NCBI GenBank assembly: GCA_030427705.1
Contig: JAUIBR010000002.1
Location: forward strand, 1 to 28,630
Direction: 5' to 3'
Length of the DNA: 28,630 nt
DNA from: a bacterium
GTDB taxonomy: Bacteria > Myxococcota_A > Bradymonadia > Bradymonadales > Bradymonadaceae
Translations under genes and position numbers: made by a program
Notes under the pieces: model-generated
Database searches by the model: none
What the model was told of the DNA's origin: nothing
Seen by the model: only the letters and a program-made list of their open reading frames with translations
In this document: one piece after another, positions 1-9,391 of the stretch
Numbering within the stretch: position 1 is the first letter of the stretch
Layout of the letters: every line of letters starts with the position of its first letter

Positions 1-254
1 GCCGCTGACAACGGCAGCACTGGCGGTATCGCGGGTGCAAACGAGTGTTATTACGCGTTCCAAGGCCACAACAACGGCTACGTTGTCGAGGTCCGCGACG
101 TCCAAGACGTCTTTTCTGATGAAGTTAATGTGAGGCCGGACTCCCGCGAGTGGAGCCCCGACCAAGGTTACACGTTCTGTGTTGAGAAGGTATCCAATGT
201 CTGTGAAGAACCTCCGTGTCAGATTTACCCCAATGGTTGCGGGCCTCCTATGTA
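1..254 (+). CDS. 3' end of an upstream gene (C-terminal fragment, Cys-rich, no product assignable)
   Basis: Frame 1 is open from the window edge to a TAG stop at 252-254. Third-codon positions are strongly G/C-biased, like the neighbouring genes. The predicted tail (..CYYAFQGHNNGYVVEVRDV..CEEPPCQIYPNGCGPPM*) has no start codon because the gene is truncated by the window. It overlaps the start of the next gene. Confidence 0.35.
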
Positions 255-1615
255 GTGGCTTGATCGTCGCCTGTGGCGGCGATGAATCGACCGACGACAA
301 CGAAGACATGGGGCGGGCCGATATCATTCGTCCCCCAAAGAACAACACGACCGACGGTTGGGAGATTGGTGTCATCGATACAGGTGGCGTTGGTCTTCAT
401 CCCGAAGCCGCAGTGTCTGCGGGCGGCACGATTGGTGTGGCATACTACAGCACCAGCCTTCGCGAAGACGGTGAGTGCGTCGAGCTCATGGGCACAGACG
501 GCAACCCAGTCCGCGCCCGTTGGCAGATGAAGTATGCGCAGTTTGACGGGACCTCGACCTGGACGCCTGAGATGATTGGCGAACCGCTCTACGTCGGAAC
601 GCCTCCGGGACTAGACATCGGCTTCAACGGGGAGACGCCGTTGGTCGCGGCCATGACCGGCGACCCGCTTCCGATGTTCCTCTACTGTGGTGTGAACAAC
701 GCAGGCCTCTACACCCGCGCAGGCGCTGGCAGCTGGACCTCTGAAGACGTCGCGGCAACCAGTGCAGATGCCGCTTTCAACGATCCCGTCAGCGATTTCG
801 GCGATGTGATTGGCTACTGGCCAACGCTCGCGATCTCTTCAACCGGCCAGATGGCGGTCGCGTGGAAAGATGTGCATGGCGGCGGTCTTCAGTCTGACGA
901 TTTCCGTAAAGCTGACTTCGAGATGGCGTTCGGCGCGCCCGGTGGTTGGACGGCCAATCCGGTCGACATGACGCGCGGCGCCGGGAACTTCGCGGACGCG
1001 GCATTCGATGCTTCGGGTCGCATCATTCTGGTTCAATTCAACCAAACTGAGGCGCCAGGTTTCCAACCGGGCATTTTCGCTCATCGGAGCGCCGACAACG
1101 GCGCGACTTGGGAGACGGTACAACTGTTCTCAAGCCCAACTGTCGACGGCCCGACGATCACTGTGGCTCCAGATGGGACCGTTCACGTCGCGTACTACCA
1201 GAGCCAACGCGGCTATCCTGAGGTCATGACTCTGACGGATGACACGCAATTCGAGTCGGTTTCAGCGGGTTGGACCAAGCAGGACATTGGCGACAGCCGA
1301 TACGACGAAGGCTACGGAACATCGATCGCGGTCGCCGACAGCGGGACGGTGGCAGTCGCCCATCGCCGTTGCAACGTTTCAACACAGCTGGGCGATTGCG
1401 ATGTGAACGACGATGGCCTCATCTTCACCTACCAAAGCGGTGGTGGATGGGAGCGCGAAGTGGTCACCGACGGAGACTTGGCCACGTGTGGCCTGCAACC
1501 TTCGCTTGTTTTCGACTCTCTGAACCGACCCGTGATCATCTATCGATGTGAGGTGTTAAACGGTTCGACCCTTGACGTGCAACTGCAATGGGCGCGACGC
1601 TCTACGCCACTATGA
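197..1615 (+). CDS. BNR/Asp-box repeat (beta-propeller-like) lipoprotein
   Basis: The track ORF runs 179..1615 from a GTG. The in-frame ATG at 197 is preferred because GAGAAGG lies 6 nt upstream. The signal peptide MSVKNLRVRFTPMVAGLLCSGLIVAC carries a lipobox (IVAC). There is a canonical Asp-box S-x-D-x-G-x-T-W (SADNGATWETV). Blade-like motifs recur (GGTIGVAYYS, DGTVHVAYYQ, DSGTVAVAH, SGRIILVQF). The stop overlaps the next start (ATGA). Confidence 0.7.
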   Translation: MSVKNLRVRFTPMVAGLLCSGLIVACGGDESTDDNEDMGRADIIRPPKNNTTDGWEIGVIDTGGVGLHPEAAVSAGGTIGVAYYSTSLREDGECVELMGTDGNPVRARWQMKYAQFDGTSTWTPEMIGEPLYVGTPPGLDIGFNGETPLVAAMTGDPLPMFLYCGVNNAGLYTRAGAGSWTSEDVAATSADAAFNDPVSDFGDVIGYWPTLAISSTGQMAVAWKDVHGGGLQSDDFRKADFEMAFGAPGGWTANPVDMTRGAGNFADAAFDASGRIILVQFNQTEAPGFQPGIFAHRSADNGATWETVQLFSSPTVDGPTITVAPDGTVHVAYYQSQRGYPEVMTLTDDTQFESVSAGWTKQDIGDSRYDEGYGTSIAVADSGTVAVAHRRCNVSTQLGDCDVNDDGLIFTYQSGGGWEREVVTDGDLATCGLQPSLVFDSLNRPVIIYRCEVLNGSTLDVQLQWARRSTPL

Positions 1616-2106
1616 AGTACCGATTTCTATTGCTCTTCCTTGCCATGTTCGCCTCGATCGGATGCTCCGATGACGAAGGCGCACTGCGCGGTAGTTTGGA
1701 AGAGTTCTATAATATCAATTACGTCGACGTCCGGGCTCGCCTCTATCCAAGCGAGCTGGCGGTCGAGTACATCCGCGAGAACGGCCAGGTCCCTGTGCGC
1801 GTAACCCTGCGGCGAACTGAAGGCCAACCGATTCGCACTGGTGACTACGATCTCGGGACAAAGGGCAATATTACCGGGCGATCTGGCGACAATGACATCC
1901 CTCCTTTTGTCGGGGGCTCGTTGACGCTGGAGGAATTCTCGGCGTCCAATGGTTCCTCGATCGTAGGTGAGTTTTCTGCGAGATTTCGCACAGGTGATGA
2001 CGAAGCCGCGCTTAGTGGCGACTTCGACACTGAGCTGGAAGTTATCGACAACATCGCTGGCTACGATGCCGATTTGAGCTACTTGTTTGATATGGACATG
2101 CCTTGA
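1612..2106 (+). CDS. small lipoprotein of unknown function
   Basis: An ATG lies at 1612, in frame within track ORF 1588..2106. The signal peptide with lipobox is MKYRFLLLFLAMFASIGCSDD. There is a 4-nt ATGA overlap with the upstream gene. The sequence is acidic, Gly/Asp-rich and likely periplasmic. Confidence 0.65.
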   Translation: MKYRFLLLFLAMFASIGCSDDEGALRGSLEEFYNINYVDVRARLYPSELAVEYIRENGQVPVRVTLRRTEGQPIRTGDYDLGTKGNITGRSGDNDIPPFVGGSLTLEEFSASNGSSIVGEFSARFRTGDDEAALSGDFDTELEVIDNIAGYDADLSYLFDMDMP

Positions 2107-2107
2107 C

Positions 2108-2578
2108 ATGGACAAGTTTCGATTTTTCATCCTGACCGGGTTCATCTTCGCGTTGACCGGCTGCGTCAACGATGACCGCGTGTTTACGCAGGGTCGAATC
2201 GAAGACCTTTGCAATGAATCGATCCCGGTTTGTAATCGCAAAGCCACCTGCCTGATGGGCAACGATGAGTTCTTCTCGGGTCAGTTTCCGAGTGGCCAGT
2301 ATCTTCTGGTCCGAACTGAATTTGAGGACATGAAGCTCATCGCTCGATTCCTCTTGGATGAAATGACGTTTCCCGGCACGGAAATGTTGGTGAAGATCTA
2401 CACGCCCGACTGTTCGGACTTCGAAGAAGACCATCCGCAAAATGTCGACCTCTTCGATCTGGCAGGCGACGATCGAATCATCGAGTTTGAGTTGGATGCG
2501 GCAGGCCGCGGCGACCATTTGGTCGAAATATTCTCCGACATGAGCGCATCGTACAAGATGACGCTTGAAGTCGAGTAA
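2108..2578 (+). CDS. small lipoprotein of unknown function
   Basis: An ATG lies at 2108, in frame within track ORF 2087..2578 (the TTG at 2087 is less likely). The signal peptide with lipobox is MDKFRFFILTGFIFALTGCVNDD. It begins 2 nt after the upstream stop. Confidence 0.65.
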   Translation: MDKFRFFILTGFIFALTGCVNDDRVFTQGRIEDLCNESIPVCNRKATCLMGNDEFFSGQFPSGQYLLVRTEFEDMKLIARFLLDEMTFPGTEMLVKIYTPDCSDFEEDHPQNVDLFDLAGDDRIIEFELDAAGRGDHLVEIFSDMSASYKMTLEVE

Positions 2579-2724
2579 ACTCCACAAAAATTGACCAAAA
2601 TTGCCCGGCTTTCTGCCTAGTCAGATTTGCCGAGGTCGATTATATTTCTTGGCACTCGAACCCAAGTTTATTCCTACGCCCCTTGGGCGAAATTGAATTA
2701 CGTATCCTCAAGAGCCAGGTTGCT

Positions 2725-3351
2725 ATGAGAAAGGCTACAAGCCTATTGGCCTTTGCCGCGGTTGCTCTCTGCCTTTTGTTCCCCAGCGCAGGATTTGCGC
2801 AGGCGGAAGACTATGCCGCAAAAGTGGTCCAAAATCGCAAATTCGACCCGACCCACGAGTTCGGGGTTAATCTGGGATGGCTACCGCTAGACGCCTTCAC
2901 GAAGGGCATCTCGGTGAGCGGCCAATACACCCTCCACTTCAGCGAGTCCTGGGCTTGGGAAGTGGTTCAGTTCTTCTACTCGTTCCAATACGACACGAGT
3001 CTTGCCGACGAGCTGGAGGACTTTGACCTGGCACCGACCCCGTTTGAGATTGTCGATTTCTTCGTCACTTCAAACGCTGTGTGGAAACCCCTGTACTGGA
3101 AAGGCTCTTGGCTAAACGACACGCTGACCTACGGGGAGATCTTCTTCGTCGCAGGTGGTGGCTATGGCTGGCTGACCCGGAGCGCCCGCCCTGCATTCGA
3201 CGCAGGTGGTGGTTTCCGTATCTACGCCGGTCCGTTGTTCAGCTTCCGTTTTGACATGCGTTACTTGATGTTCATCGGAGACAACATCTTCGAGGACTTC
3301 GACGTGAAAGACGAACTTTGGCTTGGAATTGGGACGTCCATTGCATTCTAG
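2725..3351 (+). CDS. small outer-membrane beta-barrel protein (OmpA-less barrel, ~190 aa mature)
   Basis: An ATG lies at 2725 inside track ORF 2683..3351. The signal-peptidase-I signal peptide is MRKATSLLAFAAVALCLLFPSAGFAQA/ED. The body shows alternating hydrophobic/aromatic beta-strand patterning. The C-terminal residue is Phe (..GIGTSIAF), as in outer-membrane beta-barrels. Confidence 0.6.
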   Translation: MRKATSLLAFAAVALCLLFPSAGFAQAEDYAAKVVQNRKFDPTHEFGVNLGWLPLDAFTKGISVSGQYTLHFSESWAWEVVQFFYSFQYDTSLADELEDFDLAPTPFEIVDFFVTSNAVWKPLYWKGSWLNDTLTYGEIFFVAGGGYGWLTRSARPAFDAGGGFRIYAGPLFSFRFDMRYLMFIGDNIFEDFDVKDELWLGIGTSIAF

Positions 3352-4789
3352 AAACACAATACTCGCGGCGGCGCTGCTGGGGGTTCTGTTGTTTTTGAAC
3401 AGTGGATGCTCTTCAGTTTCGCTCGCGACGGACCGCGACGCGGTCTACAAACAGGCGGTCGAAGCCTCTCTGGAGGGCGAGCATGCGCTCGCTGGGGCTG
3501 CGGCAAATCGCTATATCTCGGGCTCCTCCACGGATGATCCACGCTATGACCGTGGCCTTCGTATCCTCGCTGAAAGCGCCGAGAAACTTGGATTCACTTA
3601 CGCCGCGTCGCTCTGGTACCTCGAGATTGCCGAGTCGCGTCGTGACGTCGACGTCACTGACGAGGCCGTGCGCGGGCTTGAGCGTATTATGGCCACCGAC
3701 GGATATGACGAAGGCACCATCCTCCAAGGCTTCCTCGGCTCCGACGATATTTCAGGGCTTCCGCCCGAGCAGATGGCTTTCGTGAAGTTCCATCAAGGCG
3801 TCAACAGCCTTCGACGTGGTGTTCGCGACTGGGCAATCCTACAATTTGAACAGATTCCGGACGGCAGTTCGTACCAGGTTCGAGCCCAATACGTCCTCGC
3901 AGTAGACAAGCTTCAGAAATACCAACTCTCGGATGCCCGTGAGGACCTCGAGCTCATCCTGGAACGGGACGAAGACAAGCGTCTGCCGCTGGATCTTCGT
4001 AATGACATTCAACGAACACTCGCTCGAATCGCGTTTGAGCAGGCTCGCTACAAAGACGCCATCGAACTCTATACCGAGCTCCGAGAGACCGCGCCCGATG
4101 ACCCGGGGCTGCTTCTGGAGATGGCGTGGAGCCACTACTACAACCAAGAGTATGAACGTGCGCTCGGTCTGCTCATCGCGCTCGACGCACCCGCCTACCG
4201 TGGTCTCATCGCTCCTGAGCGCTTCTTGCTCGAAGCGTTGAGCCTTCGACATATTTGCCAATTCGAGCCCGCCCGAAACGCCGCGATTCGTCTGCGACGT
4301 ACCTATGGAGATGCAATCGAGCAGCTCTACGACGGTGTGCCGCTGAAGGAATCGATGCCGCTGCGAAAAGCCGCTCGCGTCCGCACCTCTGACTCACCGC
4401 TTGGAAAGTTCCGCGCCACTGTGGAGCGGGAACAAGCCATGATTGAGGAGCTCGAAGGCGACATCGGCGAGGAATTCTCGAAGCGCCTCAATGAAGTCTA
4501 CAAACAGGGCCTCGTGGAAGCGAAACGTCGAGAGGACGAGGAATTGGTTTTCGAAATGCGTCAGGTTGCTCAAGAGCTACTGGATGCGGAAGAAGGCGTC
4601 CGCTTGATCCTGCACGAACTTGGTGTCGCCTTGCTGCGCGGACGACGTCGTCCTGCTGGCGTAGAGGAACGCATCAAGATCGAGGATACGTTTGGCCGAG
4701 AGAACATCCTCTACCAATTCCAGGGTGAATTCTGGACGGACGAACTGGATGACCTCGTTGTGACGATGGAGGACCGATGTATCGAGTAG
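3323..4789 (+). CDS. TPR-repeat lipoprotein
   Basis: The track ORF is used. The start is uncertain (TTG at 3323 or TTG at 3341). The signal peptide with lipobox is ..HSRNTILAAALLGVLLFLNSGCSS. Helical-repeat (TPR-like) segments are present, e.g. AIELYTELRETAPDDPGLLLEMAWSHYYNQEYERALGLLIAL. Confidence 0.65.
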   Translation: MELGRPLHSRNTILAAALLGVLLFLNSGCSSVSLATDRDAVYKQAVEASLEGEHALAGAAANRYISGSSTDDPRYDRGLRILAESAEKLGFTYAASLWYLEIAESRRDVDVTDEAVRGLERIMATDGYDEGTILQGFLGSDDISGLPPEQMAFVKFHQGVNSLRRGVRDWAILQFEQIPDGSSYQVRAQYVLAVDKLQKYQLSDAREDLELILERDEDKRLPLDLRNDIQRTLARIAFEQARYKDAIELYTELRETAPDDPGLLLEMAWSHYYNQEYERALGLLIALDAPAYRGLIAPERFLLEALSLRHICQFEPARNAAIRLRRTYGDAIEQLYDGVPLKESMPLRKAARVRTSDSPLGKFRATVEREQAMIEELEGDIGEEFSKRLNEVYKQGLVEAKRREDEELVFEMRQVAQELLDAEEGVRLILHELGVALLRGRRRPAGVEERIKIEDTFGRENILYQFQGEFWTDELDDLVVTMEDRCIE

Positions 4790-7700
4790 CAAAGCACACT
4801 TTGCTTGGGCTCGCGATGGTTCTAGCGCTATCGAGCTGTGCCTCGGAGCCCCAGCAGTTGCAGGACACCCCGACAGTCGAGGTCCTGCGTCTCAATATCA
4901 CCAAGGTTCGAAACGCCATCGCCGAGACGCGCGCAACCATCGCGGTCTCCCGTGGTGCGCCCTACCTTCCTGAATTCTATGTGCGTCTTGCCGAGCTTCT
5001 CAGTGAAGAAGCGCGATACCACTACCAGCTGGCGTACGAACGTGAACAGCGCTCAACGAAAGTGCTTCACGTGCCGCAAGTCCGCTTGCTGAAAGAGGAT
5101 GCGATCAATACTTACGAGATCGTGTTGAGCCGTTTCCCGGACTCACCGCTCGTCCCACGCGTTCTTTTCAATATTGGCCACGAACATCGTGAACTCGGTA
5201 ATTTCGACGAAATGCGAAAGGTCTTGAACCGGCTCGTCGATAACTACCCAGATTCCCCGCTTCGTGCGGATGCTCTCATCGTGTTGGGTGACTACCACTT
5301 CGACCGAAATGAACTGCCAGATGCGCTGCGCTACTACGAAGAGATCGCGAAAGGAGAGCTGACGCCAGTCACTGGTCTTGGCCACTACAAACTCGCTTGG
5401 GTTTGGGTCAACGAGGGTGAGTGCAAGCCCGCGCTCGACAACTTCGAGAAAGCGATCGAACGCTCCAACGATTGGGCCGAGCGTATGCGTAAGCTCGCAT
5501 TGCAGAAGATTGAGACTCCGCTCTTGGTTCAGGCCGAAGCTGGAGACGAGATTACGACTCAGCAGGATATCGATGTTCGACGCGAATCCCTGGTCGACCT
5601 TGCGTACTGCTATTCACGCCTGCGAAAGCCCCAAGATTCGGTCAAATTCCTTAAGAAGTATGCCTACAACCGAGAGACCTACGTCGCTGCGCTCAATAAG
5701 TTGGCGAATCGCTATCGCACCATGGACCAATTCCAGGGTGCGGTGCTGATCACCCGAGAATTGTTGAGTTTGGGTGCTGCGAATATCGACCGACTCGACG
5801 ACGCGCGGACGTTGTACACGTCGATCAAGAAGTTGAAGGACTACCGAACCATCGGAGTAGATGCGGAGCTGATTGGTGACTCGCTGACCAATTACTACAG
5901 CCGTGTGAACATCAAGGCCGACGAACGAGAGCGATTGGTCAAGGAATTCGAAGTCTACCTTCGTGACCTCGCCACGACCTCACAAGAACGGATGATCAAG
6001 AAGCGTCGCAAGTCTGCTGGCCCCGAGGACGTGGCACGAGCGTACAAAGCCTACCTCGACACCATTCCCGTCAGCGACAAACGACCCGACATGCTTCTGA
6101 ACTACGCAGACCTTCTGGGTTCAAACGGTCAAGAACTTGAGGCAGGTGTGCGGTCGATGGAGGCTGCAGATTTGCTGGAAGACGACGGACAGCGCCGCGA
6201 CGCACTTTACGACGCGGTCGTCTACTTCCAAGCGTCGCTCGCCAAAGAAAGCGACCGCCTGCGCTACGAGCGCGTTGCGGCCCGCTCGGCGCTTCGTCGT
6301 GCCGGCGCCACCCTGCTCTCGTACAAGCTCAACGAAGAGAAAGAGCGACGTGTGAAGTTTGCCATCGCGCAGGCTATCTACGACGAGGGCCTCTATGTTG
6401 AGGCTATCGATAAGCTCTCTGCCGTCGCCTACGAGTTCCCGGGCACGGATGAGGCTGACGCCGCGGTGAAGTTGACGTTGGACAGCTTCAATACGCTCAA
6501 TGATTACGACGGCCTGATGTACGCCAGTCGCCGATTCTTGAGTGCAGGAAGCCCGGTTTCAGACAAGCTGAAAGGCGAAATCAAACGAATCCAGGGTGCC
6601 GCAGAACAGCGCAAACTTGACGAGCTCGCCCTGGCAGCAGCTGGTGAAGATGGGGCAGATATCTCGCCACTCATCGCCTTCGCCGAGAAGAACAAAGGTA
6701 CTGACCTTGGGGAGCGTGCTCTTATCAACGCGTTCGTCGCGGCCCGCGCCACCGGCGACACCGAGAAGATGTACAAGCTCGCCGATTCGATGGCGAAAAC
6801 CTATCCGAAGAGCGACCAGCTTCCCGGTATCTACACGACCTTGGCCCAGACGGCGGTCGCGCGCTTTGACTACGACACAGCAATCCGGTTCATGAAGCGG
6901 GCTGCGGACGTCAACCCATCGCAGCGCATCCGACTGCTCATCGCCGCAGGCGAGCTGAACGAACAGCTCGGCGAACCGAAGAAGGCTGAGAAGCTCTTCG
7001 ACGAAGCCCTCAGTGACAACAATCCGCAGTCGCAGGCCGACGCCTTGGAGCGCTTGTCTTCGATGATTGAAAAGTATGACGGCGTCGATTCGGTCAAACG
7101 CAAACTGAACTCCTACACCGACCAAGGAGAGCCAGAAACCAACTCACGAATTGGACTGGCGATGATTGGAGCTGGAAACGCAGAGGAAGGCGAGATGCTC
7201 TTGCAGAGCGTCCTGAACAACGATTCGGCGTCTGGTGAGGCGCTCGCTCGCGCCCACTTCGGAATGGGCGAGTTGATGCTCAATGTCATCAACCAGTACC
7301 CAGACCCTGAGGATGTCGACCTCATCGAGGAATTCATCATCCTCATCGACGTTATGCAGCAGAGCTACCTGAACGCGGCTCGGCAAGGCAGCTACACGTA
7401 TGCCGCGGCTTCGCTGTCACGCCTTTCTTCTGCGCTCATCTCGGTTTCTAAGAAACTGAGCCGAATGAAGATGCCGGACGGATTGACGGGGGCTCAGAAG
7501 CAACAGGTCAAAGCAGCGCTCGACGCGCGTGTCGAAGGTCTCGAGCAGAGCGCTTCCGAAGCGCTCACCGCTTGTGGGAATCAAGCCTGGACGGCTGCGA
7601 ACTTCACTCCACCCGTGCGTGACTGTCTCAAAGGCAACGCGTTGGATGGAATCGAGGTCAAGTTCGACCAGGTGAAATCCCGAAGTGCGAAGGCCCCGAA

Positions 7701-8058
7701 GGGTTTGGACGAGCTCCGTGCTGAGCTTTCCAAGAACCCTGAGAACGTCGATAAGCTGCGTGAGCTTGCAGAGAAGTTCCTGGATGCCAAAGACCCCCAC
7801 TCGGCGCGACTGGTGCTCGCACGAGCGATTCAGGTTGGCGGTGGTGCCCTTGAGCAGAATCTCATCGGCGTCGCGTCCTACGAGATTGGCGACGTTGCCT
7901 CAGCGTTTGATGGGTTCGCGCGAGCCGCCGAAGGTGGACTCGAAGCGGGTCGAACAAACATGAAGACGTTGCTCAAGAAGGAAGGCCTTTCCAAGCAGGT
8001 CAGTGAAGTGGATAAGCGATTCCAGAAAGGCCGTGACGGCGGGAGGTTGATCAAATGA
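4777..8058 (+). CDS. large (1093 aa) TPR-repeat lipoprotein
   Basis: The ATG at 4777 is preceded by GGAGG. The signal peptide with lipobox is MYRVAKHTLLGLAMVLALSSCAS. Many TPR-like repeats are present (..ALIVLGDYHFDRNELPDALRYYEEIA.., ..GHYKLAWVWVNEGECKPALDNFEKAIE..). Its size class and architecture are like GltD/NfsD-type periplasmic TPR scaffolds (inference). Confidence 0.8.
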   Translation: MYRVAKHTLLGLAMVLALSSCASEPQQLQDTPTVEVLRLNITKVRNAIAETRATIAVSRGAPYLPEFYVRLAELLSEEARYHYQLAYEREQRSTKVLHVPQVRLLKEDAINTYEIVLSRFPDSPLVPRVLFNIGHEHRELGNFDEMRKVLNRLVDNYPDSPLRADALIVLGDYHFDRNELPDALRYYEEIAKGELTPVTGLGHYKLAWVWVNEGECKPALDNFEKAIERSNDWAERMRKLALQKIETPLLVQAEAGDEITTQQDIDVRRESLVDLAYCYSRLRKPQDSVKFLKKYAYNRETYVAALNKLANRYRTMDQFQGAVLITRELLSLGAANIDRLDDARTLYTSIKKLKDYRTIGVDAELIGDSLTNYYSRVNIKADERERLVKEFEVYLRDLATTSQERMIKKRRKSAGPEDVARAYKAYLDTIPVSDKRPDMLLNYADLLGSNGQELEAGVRSMEAADLLEDDGQRRDALYDAVVYFQASLAKESDRLRYERVAARSALRRAGATLLSYKLNEEKERRVKFAIAQAIYDEGLYVEAIDKLSAVAYEFPGTDEADAAVKLTLDSFNTLNDYDGLMYASRRFLSAGSPVSDKLKGEIKRIQGAAEQRKLDELALAAAGEDGADISPLIAFAEKNKGTDLGERALINAFVAARATGDTEKMYKLADSMAKTYPKSDQLPGIYTTLAQTAVARFDYDTAIRFMKRAADVNPSQRIRLLIAAGELNEQLGEPKKAEKLFDEALSDNNPQSQADALERLSSMIEKYDGVDSVKRKLNSYTDQGEPETNSRIGLAMIGAGNAEEGEMLLQSVLNNDSASGEALARAHFGMGELMLNVINQYPDPEDVDLIEEFIILIDVMQQSYLNAARQGSYTYAAASLSRLSSALISVSKKLSRMKMPDGLTGAQKQQVKAALDARVEGLEQSASEALTACGNQAWTAANFTPPVRDCLKGNALDGIEVKFDQVKSRSAKAPKGLDELRAELSKNPENVDKLRELAEKFLDAKDPHSARLVLARAIQVGGGALEQNLIGVASYEIGDVASAFDGFARAAEGGLEAGRTNMKTLLKKEGLSKQVSEVDKRFQKGRDGGRLIK

Positions 8059-8822
8059 AACACCTCATCCTGATTCTCATTCTGACGTTATTGGTTCCGA
8101 TTGGTTGCGGAAGTTCGGTTAAACCAATCGACCTTCATGACCCCAACGTCCCACTCGATGCGCGTCGCTTCGTCGCTGACGCACAAGACGCTGTATCGAT
8201 TGCTAGAGCACGTCGTGACGAGGCTGCAGATCGCCTTGCGTTTGCAGAGAACTGGCAAGACGAAGTCACGACACCAGAGCTCTGGCCGAAGGGCTCAGAC
8301 GCCATCCTGCAAAAGCTAAAGACGTTTACGCAGGCTCGCGTCGACATGAGTGAGCTGGAGTTTGAACAGGCATCGGCCAAGCTGGACTTGGCGGAGGCCA
8401 AATACGACCTTTCGACCGCACAGACTGCGATGCGAAACGACCTCGCCGTCTATGATCTTGAACCGCTGAAGGCTCGCGCCGAGTCAATTCGTGGGGAAAT
8501 CGAGACGCTCTCAGGAAAGATCGAGGACCAACGCCTCAAGTTGGACAAGCTGACGCTGGACTGGTGGAAGTCCTACAGCAAATTCGCCGGCGATAAGGAA
8601 GTTCGCGCTTTCTACGTATCTCCGCAACTCTTCGCTGAACTGAAAGCCCGTGATGCCGACCTCAAGGCCAAGCGTGCTGAGAAGAAGAAGCAGGACGAAA
8701 AAGACGCCAAGGATAAGGACAAAAAGAACGCCGACAAAGACGCCAAGAAGGACGACACGCCGGCTAAGAAACCCTCGGAAGAGAAAATTACCGAGGATGA
8801 TGCGATTGACTTGGACCTCTAG
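8055..8822 (+). CDS. coiled-coil lipoprotein with Lys/Asp-rich low-complexity C-terminus
   Basis: The ATG at 8055 overlaps the upstream stop (ATGA), with GGGAGG 8 nt upstream. The signal peptide with lipobox is MKHLILILILTLLVPIGCGSS. Heptad-like coiled-coil segments are present. The tail is KKKQDEKDAKDKDKKNADKDAKKDD. Confidence 0.7.
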   Translation: MKHLILILILTLLVPIGCGSSVKPIDLHDPNVPLDARRFVADAQDAVSIARARRDEAADRLAFAENWQDEVTTPELWPKGSDAILQKLKTFTQARVDMSELEFEQASAKLDLAEAKYDLSTAQTAMRNDLAVYDLEPLKARAESIRGEIETLSGKIEDQRLKLDKLTLDWWKSYSKFAGDKEVRAFYVSPQLFAELKARDADLKAKRAEKKKQDEKDAKDKDKKNADKDAKKDDTPAKKPSEEKITEDDAIDLDL

Positions 8823-8854
8823 TCCAACTCTCGCGATTCACTTCCAACTAGAAA

Positions 8855-9367
8855 TCAGTCGCAAGGATTTGCGGGGACTTCTTCATTGAACTCACACGGA
8901 GTCACAATGGACTTGTCCTGTCCGTCTGCGACCGTCTCCGCGCACACTGGCACAACAAGCTGAGGGAAGTTCCCTGCATCGCTCTCGATGACCAGAGCAA
9001 TAGCATCGCGTCCAGGGTTCTCGCGCTCATAGGTAAGTCGGAAGGCGTATTGCTCACCCCCGTTGACCTTTGATGGCAGTGGGTCCTCGGACTCCAAAAT
9101 CCAATTGGAGTTGATGACACCCTGGTTGCCGATAAGGCACGCCTTTTCGATGTTGATCGCTGCGTTCTCGGCCTCGACCAACAAGGCAAACTCGTATGGA
9201 ACGCGTTCGTTGGAGCCTGGCTCGGCGTCATTAGCGCCCTGAGGCCAGAGCTTCCCGAGGTTTACAGGTGAGACGGCAGGCAGAATGTCTCCGCCCTCTT
9301 CGTCCGACGATCCACATCCGAAACACAAACAGGACGCGGCACACAGTGCGAAATACTTCGCTTTCAT
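8855..9367 (-). CDS. lipoprotein of unknown function (last gene of minus-strand operon)
   Basis: The signal peptide with lipobox is MKAKYFALCAASCLCFGCGSSDEE. AAGGA lies upstream of the ATG. It lies 24 nt downstream of the pseudokinase-TonB-like gene. Confidence 0.7.
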   Translation of the reverse strand: MKAKYFALCAASCLCFGCGSSDEEGGDILPAVSPVNLGKLWPQGANDAEPGSNERVPYEFALLVEAENAAINIEKACLIGNQGVINSNWILESEDPLPSKVNGGEQYAFRLTYERENPGRDAIALVIESDAGNFPQLVVPVCAETVADGQDKSIVTPCEFNEEVPANPCD

Positions 9368-9391
9368 TGGCGTTCCTTTCTAAATACCTAA

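Noticed and set aside
179-196. GTG at 179 as start of the BNR lipoprotein
   Set aside because: The ATG at 197 has a GAGAAGG Shine-Dalgarno at ideal spacing and yields a canonical n-region/h-region signal peptide. The extra six residues (MLRRYP) add nothing. Both are possible, but 197 is favoured.
1627-2587. Long antisense ORFs (1627..2262 -, 2042..2587 -) opposite the small lipoprotein genes
   Set aside because: The + strand frames carry textbook lipoprotein signal peptides and lipoboxes and are translationally coupled to their neighbours. The antisense frames are Arg/Ser-rich shadow ORFs, as is typical for GC-rich DNA.
2591-2650. Sigma70-type -35/-10 pair (TTGACC .. TGCCTA, or TTGCCG .. TATATT) in the gap before the barrel gene
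   Set aside because: The spacing and -10 matches are poor (8-nt spacer for the second pair, and a 1/6 match at -10 for the first). It is kept only as a generic putative promoter region in findings.
8858-8874. Short hairpin CGCAA-gga-TTTGCG between the convergent operons as a bidirectional terminator
   Set aside because: The stem is only 5 bp, there is no flanking U-tract on either strand, and it overlaps the stop codon of the 8855..9367 gene. It is too weak to call an intrinsic terminator. Termination here may be Rho-dependent.
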